The notes beneath the pieces were generated by a model. That model was not told the DNA's origin. It saw nothing but the letters and a program-made list of their open reading frames with translations, and ran no database searches. Source: Thalia democratica (Eukaryota). From it: a stretch of 64,000 nucleotides of DNA. The position numbers and the translations under genes are program-made. Below, piece after piece: positions 35,763-49,205 of the stretch (positions are counted from its first letter, which is position 1; every line of letters starts with the position of its first letter). Where the stretch lies: positions 36,890,001-36,954,000 of the forward strand of contig OZ241830.1 of assembly GCA_965202585.1 (NCBI GenBank), read 5' to 3'.

Positions 35763-38385
35763 ACTATTTAACTTAATTGTTACTTTGCTAAACGCTCTAT
35801 CAATTTATGATTTTTTTATTGACAAAGCAGCTTATTGCTTACGTATTACCGCAAAGAAACATTTTTTATAAACTTAAAGAATTTCAAATCCAGCTGCACT
35901 TTTTAAAGTGAAATAAAAAACTTATCACATTTGAAAATTATTTTGCAGGACTAAAAGTAATAAATAAAATTTTTAATCTTCTCTTAAATTACAACGTAAT
36001 TATAGAAATTTTCGAGATGCTATTTTTTAAGAGCTTTAAAATGTTTTCCGACTTATTTTGTTTTTAAAAGTTCAATTATCTCAACTTTAAATATACTTTA
36101 AGTTGTCAGCTAAAACAAATTATATCTTCAGTTATATATGAAATAATTACTTACACTAAATTGACTCTGCCAGACATAATGTCTGGTTTTAATAAATTAA
36201 ACAAAAATTCAGTTAATAAATAAAAGTACATAAGTTTAATGTCTCACTAGATGTAAATAATTTTCTTTATTTCGACAATCAGAGAAGTGTTGAAGCAAAT
36301 ATTCTTTGTTGTTGTGAAATGTGAAAACTTACTTGTTCTTTTAAAACAAAAGGAGTAAGACAATAATGTTTAAGTTTGTAATTTAAAAAGTTAGGTCAAG
36401 CAATTGACCGCAACTTTTTAGCAACTAAATAGCTATTTTTTGCGTAATGATTTTTGCAAAAGTGCTTCTTTTGTTTACACTTACTAGAAAAAGTTTACAA
36501 CAATAAAATTTACTTTTTTTCAATTTTGTTCACACACTTTACATTTAACAGTTAAAAACTCATTTTTTAAACAAATAAAATAACTGTATAAATAAATATG
36601 TAAGCCAGGTGTTGATAACAATTATTACAAGCAGTCGTTATATGTACATTATTTTTTATTTAACATTTATTTCTTTCAACAACTAAAATCCATACTAGAG
36701 CTAAAAACTTTTATTTACATATTTTTTTCAAAAACCATTTAAAATAACTACCTAATTAACTTGATTTAAAAAAAATTTAATTTATTTCTTAAATTTTTAA
36801 GAAATAATTTATTGGTTGACTTAAACATTTTTTACCTATATAAATAGCAATCCGATGTTTTTTTATAAAAGTTTTAATATGTTTTCACTCAACTCGTCAG
36901 AAATTTATTGTAGACATTTAAAATAATACAATAGTTTTTTAATTAAAAACAAAAGTCTTTAGAAAACCACTTAAGTGATTAATCAAATTTCTGTATAAAA
37001 CAATCAACAAAATCTATAAAATGATGTAAAGTAGTAATTAATGCAAAAATAAACATTTTAAATTACAAAACAAAACTAAATGGTTAAAACCAACAAAAAC
37101 ACTTTTAAGTAAAATAAATGTTTAAAGACAATTTTAAATAAATAAAGAAATCTTATAGTCAAACTCTTTCTGTTTACATATTTCAAGTTTACTTAAAAAT
37201 GACTTAAACTTTGTCATTACGATTTAAAGAATAAGCAATAGATAGGAAGAAAATCTATAAACGCGTATAAGAAGTAAAGTGTAAGTACTTGCTTTTGTTC
37301 AAATATGAAAAATAAGTGGTTAGTTTAAAACTTAAGAAACTTCTATTAAATAAAATTTCCAAAACTCCTACCATAAACACTTTGATGTTTTGTATTCTAC
37401 TTCTTTCAAGTAGAAGTATTTGTTAAACTTCTTTGTATTCAATTTTATGTTACGTATAAACTAGGATATGCTAAACAATAATTCGAAGAGTACAAATAAA
37501 ATTTTTCACTTAGCTTTATCTAAAAAGAGTGCTAGTTCATACATGTTTTCTAACATACTTGTGAGCTTTTCTAAAAGATATTCCAAAACTTTTTGATAGT
37601 AGAATGCTCAAAACCTACAAAACTAATTAAAGATTTTTTTTGGCAAACTATTTAACCAAACAACTTCATCAACAAATGAATTCTTGTATTGTACATGGTT
37701 GAATTAAGCTAAATGCAATATTTGAATTAATCAATTTGAAAACAAAAAAATTTAAAAGTCAGGTAAAACAATTTTTTATTTATCATGTGAATGCGATTTA
37801 ATCCTGTCTTCTTCAAGTAGCTTCTAAAACTTAACGACGCCTTAAATTAAGTAAACTTAGAAAGTATTTCCTTTTTATGGTAGTTATTTTGTTTTTATAA
37901 CAATTAAAGCTTTAAAAATATTTTAAGTGCTAAGTAACTTTAAAGTAAAGCTAAAACAAAGTTATAAAATAGAAAAGTTATTATAACTAACAAAACATAA
38001 TTTCTATATATACGTAGGAAATACATAATTGTTATTACAAATATACTTTATAATTCATTATTGCAATTTTACACGTTATACAAAATGATTTAATTTTGAA
38101 AATAAAAAAACTAAAGTAAAAAGTTAATGTGTTTGTTTTAGTTTTTTCAAACGCAAAACAGTGACTAATTTGAAAACTTTAATCACTGAGACATAAAAAT
38201 TATTTCACTCGTTCATCATTGCAAAATTACATTTAAAACAAACACAAGCATTTCGTAAAATTAAAAAATCACCTAACAACTGCTAGTTCGATCTTTTAAC
38301 TATTAATAGGTGTGCTTAAAGGTTGAACATTAACGGAGTGATTCTGTTTTGAATAGAAATATTCATAGATTCTAACCCCTTTTTT

Positions 38386-38494
38386 CATAACAACTATTAA
38401 TATGTCAGTTCGATGTACCGTGTGTGGGCCTGGGTTGTTTTTTGTAGTTTCAAGATGCAACATAAACAACTGTCACATGTTTCATTTTAAACGT
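38386..38494. promoter_or_regulatory. Paralog-conserved 109-bp upstream block; counterpart at 62225-62333
   Basis: Only 2 mismatches in 109 bp by eye. Contains E-box words caactg and cacatg and a tgtca word. Confidence 0.6.
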
Positions 38495-41169
38495 GTTTTC
38501 TGGCCTTTTTTGCAAAGGACAACACGAGGTTTAAATTTTGATAATTTATATATCTTAAACTCTGAATTTTTTTTTTCGTGTTTGTTTAGAAATATCTAAA
38601 TTTAATTTTTGTACGGTTAAAAAGTGCTGGTTATCTATTTAAATGTTTAAAGTTTTTGTTACTTAGCAATGCAAATAACTTTTTTTTGGTAAATAGACTT
38701 ATTTAAGTTTAATTTGTTAGTTTTATTTGTTATTTTCTAAATACTGCTATTCAAACCTAACTTAATAAAAATTTTAAGTGTTTTTATAACAAAAGTGTTA
38801 CAACTTGATTCGATATATACTCACAATAAGACTAGAACTTTTAAATTTGTAACAAATAATTATAGCATGTTGGTTTTTGTAAATCTAGTTTTTATGTTAC
38901 ATTAAAAAGTTTATAGTTCAGTTTTTTTTAATTAGAACATTAATAACTTATTTCAAAATCTAGTCTTTGCTTCAGCACAAGCTTGTTTTGTTAAAAACCA
39001 CTTTATAGGTAAATACTAAACTTCTTATGAAAATGTAAATTTTACGTTAAAATAAGAGTTAAATATTCAATAATTTAGAAAACTTGCTAACTATTAAAAG
39101 TTATCTAAAAACGTTAGATTACAAAAAAACTTATGTTTTATTTTGTTAATATATATTTTTTTTTGATTATCTCGTAAAATATTAGTCGCACTTTTTGAAA
39201 ACTTTTACATAAAAAACTTTTTTATACTATTTTTTCCAGATGTTATGTTCTTATATTTTTATCCACTTAGAACTTGTTAGAAATAAAAAAATGTAGCTTT
39301 TCTATCGATAAAGCAGTTATTTTAAAATGATAGTTCGTAAAAAATTACTAAAGCAAAGATAATGGTATAAAAATGTTAAAAAAAAGTTTAAAAGCGAATA
39401 CGCTTGATGTATCCATTTAGATTACTTTTTTTTAAACATCAAAAACTTCGTGTTGGTTTTATGATATAATTAATTAAAAAGAAAATTAACTCTACTACAA
39501 TACAAAACCAAAACGGCATAAGTTTATAAGTCTACAGGCAAAAATATTAGATTTTAAAACATCATCCAAAAGTAAATTGTTTTTTTTTTGTTTTTTTGTA
39601 ATATTCAGTATAATAAAGCAGTAGTAAATCTTAATATAGCAAATAGTAAATAGTACTGGAATTATTACGATTTTCAACAACAAAATAAAAACATTTATTA
39701 TGGTTGTTTTAGCTTTTGCTTAATTAAGATTGTTTAATTGCATTTAGTTAAACTTGATATTGAATTTGTTTTTTTTTGTTTAACGTAACAAACTTAATTT
39801 TGAAAATCTTGAATTTATCATTTTGATTTACAAATGATTTTAGTTTTTTTATTAGACGTACATAAACCTTTATTTTTGTAACTCGAACTACTTTCTAAAA
39901 TTTATTTGCTTCTTTCTTTTAAATGAAACAAAATTTTACTCTGACTAATTTAACGTTGACTTTGTTACAAGTAAGTAAAACGCCAAAACGATTTTTTTTG
40001 TTAAAAGAAATAGATTAATCAAAAAAACTTATTTTAAAAATTAGTTTCAAAATAGATAATGTAATTAAAGAATAAAAAAAGCAATAAATTAAAAAAAAAG
40101 CTAATAAACTCTGACGATCCTTAGTTTTTCACTTAACATTTTCATTAGAAGCTTTTGCAAGGTACTTCTGTCGAAGTCAATCTTATTTTATTCCTTGTAC
40201 TATGAGCTTCTGAATAATGTTTCTCAATTTCTTTAAGTCTTAAATTTAAGTTATTTGTTTTTTTTTTAGATTATCCATGTTTTTTTTTGTGTTTTTAAAC
40301 GTAATTACGTATATTTTTTCAAACAAAAGTCAGTAAACCAGGTCCATATAACCGAAAGGTTTTTCGTGCACAAGGTCCAAGGACCAAATGTTTTGATATT
40401 CAATAAACTAGACCAACTAATTAATGCTATTACAAACGCACTCTCTGTAAGATAAAAATAAAAAGTAATTGATTTTTTAGATTTGTTATTTTAAATGATG
40501 TAAAAGACTACTTCATGTTATTTTATAGCTCTACAACTAAAAATAAACTTTAAATGAGAAAGATAAAATGCAAAACTAATTATTTCAAATAGCGATTTAT
40601 GTTCATTTCAAATATAAATTTACAGTTAAAAATTTACAAAACATGTTTTATAAAAGAAGTATTTATTTTTTAAATATATATTTTTATACATTTGTTGTAT
40701 AACCTTAAAATCATAGAGTTTAAGAAGTAATTGCATCTTATATTTTCAAAAATATTTATACATTTAAATTTTTACCATTTCAGAGGGCATTAATTAATAA
40801 TCAAAGGTTTATACGATTTCTTTTTAAGTGTGTAATATGTTTTATTATTTATATTGCATGTTTGACAAATTATAAGAATACGAATAAACTAGATACAATT
40901 AAGAAAATACTAATAACTAATTGGTTTTAAAAGAATTCTGAATGTTTTTGAAGGGAAATATGAAAGCAACCGATTATTTATAAATTCATTATTAGTATAC
41001 TTTGAAAACCGAATCAACCAAGTTAGTTAATAATTCATTTTAGTTTAGAAGATGAAATGCTGTATCTGACTTGTTACAAATTTGTTTTAATTTACTTTAT
41101 ATTTAGTGGTTTAAAATTTTTCTGGGCATAAAAACTTTAAAAATAAGTATTCCAGTCTTTAACATTATT

Positions 41170-41340
41170 TGTCGAATTACGAAGCAATCAAATCAACTAC
41201 TGTGCAATTTCACTTTCAAAACTTAATTCAACTTCAGACTATTAGTCGCGTAAACCAAATTTTGCAACTATTTTTCGCGATTTAAACCGTAGCGCAGTTA
41301 GTGCTAACTCTAAACTTGAAGCATCTATCTTGCTCAACGC
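41170..41340 (+). repeat. Degenerate extra copy of the GC-richer block found at 42390-42990 and 63525-64000
   Basis: caatcaaatc..ctact...aatttcactttcaaaactt.attcaacttcagactattagtcg...ttaaacc...aagcatc.atcttgct.aac is present in all three. Confidence 0.8.
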
Positions 41341-44300
41341 TAAACAAATTAATAAAGTAAACAAAAGTATAAATGTGAAAAAAATGAAATTATTTTATGG
41401 TCTGTGATTAAAACTAAAATCTACAGGTTATTCAAGTGTGACTAAAATTAAAACTGCTGCCCACGAAGATTTTAAAACTCGAAATTTGGCCCGCGAGTAC
41501 CAATTTCTTGCTGACTCCTGTTCTACACAATATAGAAACTTTTAAACTTAAGTGATTAATACTTAATCTGTGCCCAGAAAGATAAAAAATATTTCTTAGT
41601 ACTTAATAAAATGTTTGGTTTTAAATTGAATGTAGCATTAAACTAACAATTATTTGCACATCTAAAATAGGAAAATGCATTTTTTGAAAAAAAAGTTAAA
41701 GCAATAGAACTGTATATTTAGCAATATGTTAAAAATTGCACGATAACAACTGTTGAACATTTAATGAAAATAAAAAAATTCAAACTAAATATTATATAAG
41801 CTTTAAAATCTGATAAGAACGTAGTTTAAATATTTTTACAGTAGATAAAACTATTTATTTCACAAGATCTTTGTATCTTTTCCGTTTTTAAGCTTTTAAG
41901 TGTTTAACTATTGTTACTACATAACTAAAAAAGTAAATAGTTGAGAAAATAAAATATAAAACCATCATTCTTATTATATCTTGCACAATAAAAATTTAAA
42001 GCCCTATATTTTTTAAAAATGACATATTTGCTATTAATCAAGTAAACCATTATTCATATTTCATAGTTGACAAAATATAAGAGCTATCTGAATACAACAA
42101 AGCAGATAAGTCATTGTTTTTTTTTTGTATAAGTTATTCTAAATAGCTAATGAAAAATTTTGAATAGATGTGGTTAAGCCACAGAATTCAACTAAAGATT
42201 TAACACCATTTATCCTTTGAAAATTTAAACATTTAAATATCCTACTATTTTAATTCACTTTGAAAAATAAAATGCTTAATCTATTTATTTTTTACAATTT
42301 TTTGTAATTTGTTTATTAAGAGTAGATTAAAACATTTTAGCGCCATGGTAATTTTTAATACAAGTGTTTAAGTGTCAATAACCATTCATCGCAGATTTAC
42401 GAAACAATCAAATCGGCTACTGTTTCAATTTCACTTTCAAAACTTCATTCAACTTCAGACTATTAGTCGTGTAAACAATCTCGACACTTTTATGCGTGAC
42501 TTAAACCACGGCGCCACCAATACTAAACTAAAAGCATCCATCTTGCTTAACCCGGTGTTACGTCATAATGCTTGGCAACAATGTAGATAATCAACTAGAT
42601 TGAGATTGCGGCGGAATCGATGATATTTACGAGGCGCCACGTCAGAGAAATTTTAGAAAGTTTAAACACCATCGAGACTTTGAGAGACTAAAACTTTTTT
42701 TTGTTAAAAATGCATTCGGGGTGGTATATATCAATTTTTATGTTCCTGTTTCTACTTAAATTATTTTATTACTTCATGCCTACTCGAGCTTTCAACGGAA
42801 GTTATTTTTAAAACGTTAACACCTTGACGTATTAGCAGTATTACGTCATAATTGACAATAAGATACAGTCGAGTTCTTTTCTCTTTCGCGTAATTTGCAT
42901 TGTGTTTTTAGTAAACTCAACCTTATTTAATTTTTAGAGGTCTTCAAGTTTTTCGGGTTGAGTTTAGGAAAATAATAAAAAGTGTGCTTTGAAGAATTGG
43001 TGTTTTATATTTTTACGGTTAAATTAATCGTCAACTTTTGAAAAAAATTGTTAAGTCAATATGTTCAAAAGTAAAGTATTTTAGCCATTTTATATTTTTG
43101 TTTTTTAAAGTCTTAAATAATAATAAAAGATATTAACATGAATATACATTTTAATCTGCTATCATTGTTTAATCAAAGTATTTTTTTTTTTGTTTTAACA
43201 CTCTTTTACAATGATACTGATAATGCCCCAAACTCTCCGGATTACTATAAAAGCGAGTTTTTCATCAAGTTTCTGATTCAGTTATTTTTTAAATTATTTG
43301 GTATGCTTATTATAAACATACTTTTACGTTGTATTACGTAAAACATTACAAAATATATAAAGAAAAAGGTTTGAAAAAATAGAAACTAAAAAAGTTGTTC
43401 AATAATCAACTTAGAAATTTATAATAGCAAAAAATACGAAGTTTAGCCAACTTTATTAAGATAAGCAATAAGTTACGGAGGTACTAAAATTATTATTAAA
43501 CTACATAAACCTCTCCCTAACCTACGCACATTGTGTCTGCAGCGTTAGAAAGTAAACGATACAACGTAATTAAACGAGAAGTAGCTAATTAACTTCAATA
43601 ATGGCCGGTTTTAAATAGTTCATTTGATTACAAACAGTTTGGGAACAAACAAGTTCTACGGAAAGTATGTTGTATTAAATTAAGTAAAAAAGTAATAACA
43701 TACATTCAAACAATTTTGATTAAAATTAATTAGTATACTTAATTCAGTGCAAATTATGTGGTTTTTAGTCTTAGTATGTTTGGAACAAGCACAAAACATA
43801 TTTAAAAACTATATATATTTCAAAAGCAATTTTAGCAAGCTCACGTACAGCTTTTAAATCTTTAAGAGTTATGGCAGTTAATCAAAAATATACGAGTATT
43901 TAATTTTACAATATATGCAGAAAATAAGATATTTAAAGAAAATTATTGACTTTTCTTATTAATTTATCTTTCAAATTAGAATAAAAAATTTAGTTTAAAA
44001 ATAAATAGCAGACTTTTATATTGTTTTCTAAGTAAAACAAAAACTTTAAAATGCTTCTATCTGCGCCTAAAATACCCAAAAAAGGGGTGAAAAAAAACAC
44101 ACAAAAGGTATAATTGATATTGAAAAACATGTTTATGACGTCACAAAGGCTAGTTAGATAATATTTTTCATCAGAAAATTATTTTTTTTTAAGTCTGCTG
44201 TTGTATTATCAAATCCCCATAAAAAGTGGGCGAATGTATGCAACAACTACTAAATTTTAATTCCGTCTTTTAGACCTAGTTTAACTTCCTCTGATTACTT

Positions 44301-45598
44301 TCTACTAACAAAACTGTTTCAAAGTCACTCAAGCTAAAGTTTAACTGTCATTGTTGTCATTGTAAATTTCCAGCTCAATTAATCACTAGGACTGAGAACT
44401 TATGCTGGTCCCCAGATTATTTTTAAAATTTGACAGGCAAATATGTTGAATTCGTCGCAAAATGACCAGGTCATTTGGAAGCTGAACAATTCAAACAATG
44501 AACTTGAATAATTTCAAACTATGACAATGAACCACCGTGATATAGAAGTATTCCCTTTTTTATTGGTTAAAAAATATTTTAAATGGTCAATAAAGTCAAA
44601 CTTGCATCGCAAAAACAGATGCTCGATCATCAAGTGTCTAATAATTGCAATTTGAAGAGCAAAAATTGCAATAAATTGAATATTTTATACATCTCGAAAG
44701 GTGCAATTAAGTTTTTTATTGTTGAGAGCTCATTTAAAGTTGACGTTGATGTTTGAAATGTTGTCAAAATGCACTTGACACATTGTTTTCACTTATTTTC
44801 TTCTGATGTGAAGTTATTACAATGCAAAAAAAAGTAACTCTTGTGCTGTTTGCTTAGAAAGTCAAGTGTTTTAAAGTTTTTCTTTGTTTGAGAGTAAAGT
44901 ATTATTATTAAAAAAAATACTTAATGAAAAAGTTGAATTTAATTATAACTAAATGATATATACTACAATTAAAAGATAAATATTCCAAAGAATTGAGAAA
45001 AAAGCACAAACTATTATCACGCAAAAAGCTTTATTTAATTATATCTTTCGTCTCAACTGTACAACGTCAAATTTTTTTACCTGGTACTAACCAAACAAGA
45101 GGACAACATTTAATTTATGCAAAACAAACATATAAAAAACTAATTTGATAAACCCTTGTTTAAAGCAATACAAAAGTCATTAAAACTATGGGACAATGTA
45201 TGACAATCACGAAAGAACTTATAACAAATATTTGCCAAACAAAAAAGCTAGTTTTTATTCGTGTGTGGCTCGAAATCTTTTACAATTAAAATGTTTCCCA
45301 CGAACGAGAAAGACTTTCTGTTTCTGTTTTTGTATTAAGCGTAGCAACTTTACATGATATTAGTTTGAACAAGGCTTAATGGTATGTTGCAATTATAAGA
45401 AGCTTGTTTGTATTGCAAGCTATTTGTTATCAATTGCGTGCCGTTGTTATTTGCTTTCACTACAGCTTATAAAGAATACAATTAGTTGAAATGAGTAGGG
45501 CTGTTCTTAACTGTATAAAAAAGTATCAAAAACAACAGCAAAAAATATAACATTCAGTTCACTTCAACGGCTCTGATTTTAGTTGTAATAACAAACAT

Positions 45599-45622
45599 CA
45601 ACAACAACAACAACAACAACAA
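45599..45622 (+). repeat. (CAA)8 microsatellite
   Basis: Direct reading of the sequence. Confidence 0.9.
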
Positions 45623-47841
45623 AATAACAACAACGGAAACAACAAAAGTTGCTTAAACGAAAATTAATTGCTCTTAAGCGTATCAAACCGTATAAAAATA
45701 ATTAGTTGAACTCTGTAACCCTAACTTTCAGCGTATAAAAACATATCAGCTTAAATAACAACAATTAATTAACTCAGTTGTATACTTTTCAACTGTTTCG
45801 AAAACAAAAAAATGTAAACAATAATAAGTGATAATATTCAGGAGTCCTAATTTTGGATGTTTAAAAAAAAAATTAACAGCAATAAAAACAAGATCAAAAC
45901 ATCATCTACAGCTGTTAGTTAAAATAAAAGTTGTGATTTCAATTTTATCAATGCTATTAGAGGTTTTACAGTGAAAACAATAACAATTAGTTGAACCAAG
46001 GAGTGCTTTTTTGTGTCGTTGAATACCAAGAACCATACAAAAACACGACCAGTTAAACTCTGTAGTCTCTTTTCTAAATATACAAAAGTTTTAACAACAA
46101 CAAAAATGAAATTAAACAAAGTAGGAAACAACAGCACAAGTAGTAAATAAAGTGTCTCTGGAGACGGGTCACTTTTGCACAAAGGGTTATTTTTGCAAAA
46201 ACCACAATTTTCCACAAGAGTAAAAAAATAATAAGGAAAACTTACTGACCAAGGGTTAGGGGTATTAGTAAAAGTAAAAAAAAAATAGTAAAAATTTCAA
46301 CCAGCACTAAAGTATCTTCTGTAAATTTTTAACAGCTATCCACATATGTATATAAATCAACTTTGAACAAAAGTTATGAATTAAGATTAATAATTATCTT
46401 AAGTTTTAATTTATATTCTTTTGTTAGTATTCAATTAAATTACAAAATTTTAAGCCTGTTTGTTTTGATTGTTTAAAGTTAAAATACAAATACATTTTTA
46501 TAAAATGTCTATACTTAAAACTACCTTTAAATGTTAATAATTATTTTTATAACTATACGACTGAACTGTTTTGTTATTAAAATAAAAATAACTTTTATTT
46601 TTGTAGCGTTAAGAAACAAGTTCAATATAACAAAGCCAAAGGGAAAATTTTATGAGTTTGTTCTTATAAAGTTTATAATGATTAATTGAGTTTAGGTGAA
46701 GACAGCTACTAATTTTTATTTTTAATATTAAAAATTTCAATAATGTTAAAAAATATTAAAACAATATATTTTTTTGTTTACTTAAATTTTTTTGGTTAAC
46801 AGTTTAAAAATAATACTTTTAAAAATGATAATCACTTAAATCTTAAAATTATTTAAAAACATACTTTCGTTTTGCTTTACTCTTTAAATTTTCAATGCTT
46901 GACATTCACTTAACTGATGTATTTTAACGACTTCGTTTGATATCGTAAATATTTCAAATCGTTTTACAAGTAATCCTTGGTTTTGAAAATTAATTAGGTT
47001 GTAAAAAGCTAAAAATTCATAGTTCATAACTCAAATAATTATTTTTAAGTAGTAGTATTTGTTTTAAGTAAACAGAACTTTGATTAATAAAAAATTTAAT
47101 GTCGTATAAATCAAAAAAACAAAATGTAAGGTTGCTTTATAATGCATAAGAAACAAAACAAAGTACATTTTTAAAGTTCAGCACCATATTTATTTAAAAA
47201 CCTAAGTCTTACTGAAATAAAAACAAACTAGTGATTTGCATGAGAAACAAAATTAGAATACAGTAACTGTTTGCGACGCAGAATAAGAAAATTTCACAAA
47301 AAAAAGATTGATTAACGAGATTTATTGTGACGTATGAATACAAAGGCGTGATACGAAATCTTTTGTTTCAACAATCAGCTCACATGCAAGTAAAATAACA
47401 AAAGCTGATTGAAATTCGTAACATAGTTTATTTTTGTTTTAAAACTGTGCCTGTTTAATGCATATGTCTTAATTTTATTAAAATTTGCTTTAGTAAACTA
47501 CAAAACGTATTGAAGGATAGCAAAATATATTTGCAAGTTCAATATTTTTATTGTCGTTTAGTATTTTTGTTGAGTACTAAATGAAGTGTAGTTTAACACA
47601 AAATTAGATACCTTAAAATTTGAATTTTATGAAAGATTATCAAGTGATATCAAGTTTATCTTCAAAAACAAATTTTAGCTAATTTTCTTATGAAGTTTAT
47701 TTTAAAAAAATTATATGCACACATTTATAAGTTATTTTTAGAAACTTCTTTTTTATATGCAGCCTAAACTATAACCAAAAGTGTTTAAAAAAATTAGGTA
47801 AAATATTAGCAAAAACAAATGAAAATTTGAAATAAGTAATA

Positions 47842-48510
47842 AAAACACTGACAAGTTTTGATTTAATAAGTGTGCACTACGTGATTTATGCTGAAATTTA
47901 TAATCCAGCTGTGTGTTAAGTTACGTGGTTTGCACTAACTAAATATTCAAATCGCTCTAGCATTATTGTCTTATGTTTGGTATGTTTAGATGAAACACTT
48001 GTAAATGTTTTATTTTCAAAACCTTTTATTAATTAACTTTTTTTTAATATTATTCAAAGTAAATTTTTTATGCATAATCTAACAACATTTTTATGTAATG
48101 ACTATTTAAAGCGGTTGTTTTTTCAAACTTTATAAACTAAATATTTGTTTCAATAGTTTAAAAGTTCCCTATATATATATATTTTTTAATTTTATGAAAG
48201 TTTACAAACAATGGAAGTAACTTTAATCGAACACGTCTACTTTAAAATAAATAGCTTAATTGAAACGAGGGGTTATAATTTATTAAGGTATGTAAAGTTT
48301 TTTTTAAATAGAAAAACTATTTAAACCAAAAGACAAATAAGGACTTATTTATTTAATCAGAGTAGAAAACACTGACAAGTTTTGATTTAATAAGTGTGCA
48401 CTACGTGATTTATGTTGAAATTTATATTACAGCTTTATTTACGCGGTGTTCATGAACTAAATATTCATCATTCAAATGGCTTCGACATTACTTTCTTACG
48501 AGTGATAAGT
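47842..48510 (+). repeat. Local direct repeat: 47842 to about 47975, and 48366 to about 48510
   Basis: 49 bp identical (47842-47890 = 48366-48414), then decaying similarity for about 90 bp. Confidence 0.85.
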
Positions 48511-48849
48511 TTACGAAAATAATTCTATATTGTTTGTGTATAACAACTTTCACTGTGACAAATAATTGATTCTCATTAAAAATTCAAACTAAAGTTTTTA
48601 TTTGTTTTAATATAAGTTTTTAAAATTTACAACAACATTTAAAGTTATTTTTGTAATACGGCTTATTTATAGCGCTTTTTTATAAACTTTTCAAACTTAA
48701 TGTTTTTTTCGTAAATAATATTCTTAAAAAAAATATTTTTAAACTACAGTCATACAGTAAACAAAGTTTTTAATTTTATTAGAGCTTATAAATAATGTCA
48801 GTTCTTGAACCGAATGCACCTGTTTCTTTTACGTAATATTTTTTTGTTT

Positions 48850-49205
48850 AACGGACACAAGGGGGTCAAATTTTGTAAATAAAGCCCCTTTTTCCTGTGA
48901 AAACCTACAAAACAGGTGCACAGTAACACGAACCGATTTCTTCCGCTTCTCAAATAGTATTTGTTACGTGAATCAGGCGGTGAAAAATGCAACAAGTTGA
49001 CCACCCAAGAAGTTGCATAATAGACAAGAGTTGTTTATTTTGCTATCAGCCAATCATCAGCAGGAAGACGCCCCTCGACGGGCCATTGACTTTTCAAACG
49101 CGTACCCCCTACCAACATTCTCTCATGGCAACAGTCATCATGGAGATTTGTGATGTTTGATATTTTATTTAATGTAACTCTTTTGTGAGGTCATGCGCGG
49201 GGTTC
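48850..49205. promoter_or_regulatory. GC/CpG-enriched promoter- or enhancer-like island
   Basis: agccaatca (NF-Y-type CCAAT box, 49048-49056), acgcgt, catggcaac (RFX X-box half-site, 49124-49132) and gaggtca, in very AT-rich surroundings. No linked gene was identified. Confidence 0.35.

Larger units (their letters stand above)
26270..42990 (+). repeat. Tandem segmental duplication, copy A (the part alignable within this window)
   Basis: Colinear similarity with 51597-64000 in exons, introns and flanks, with many indels. The offset shrinks from about 25.3 kb to about 21 kb. Confidence 0.95.
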
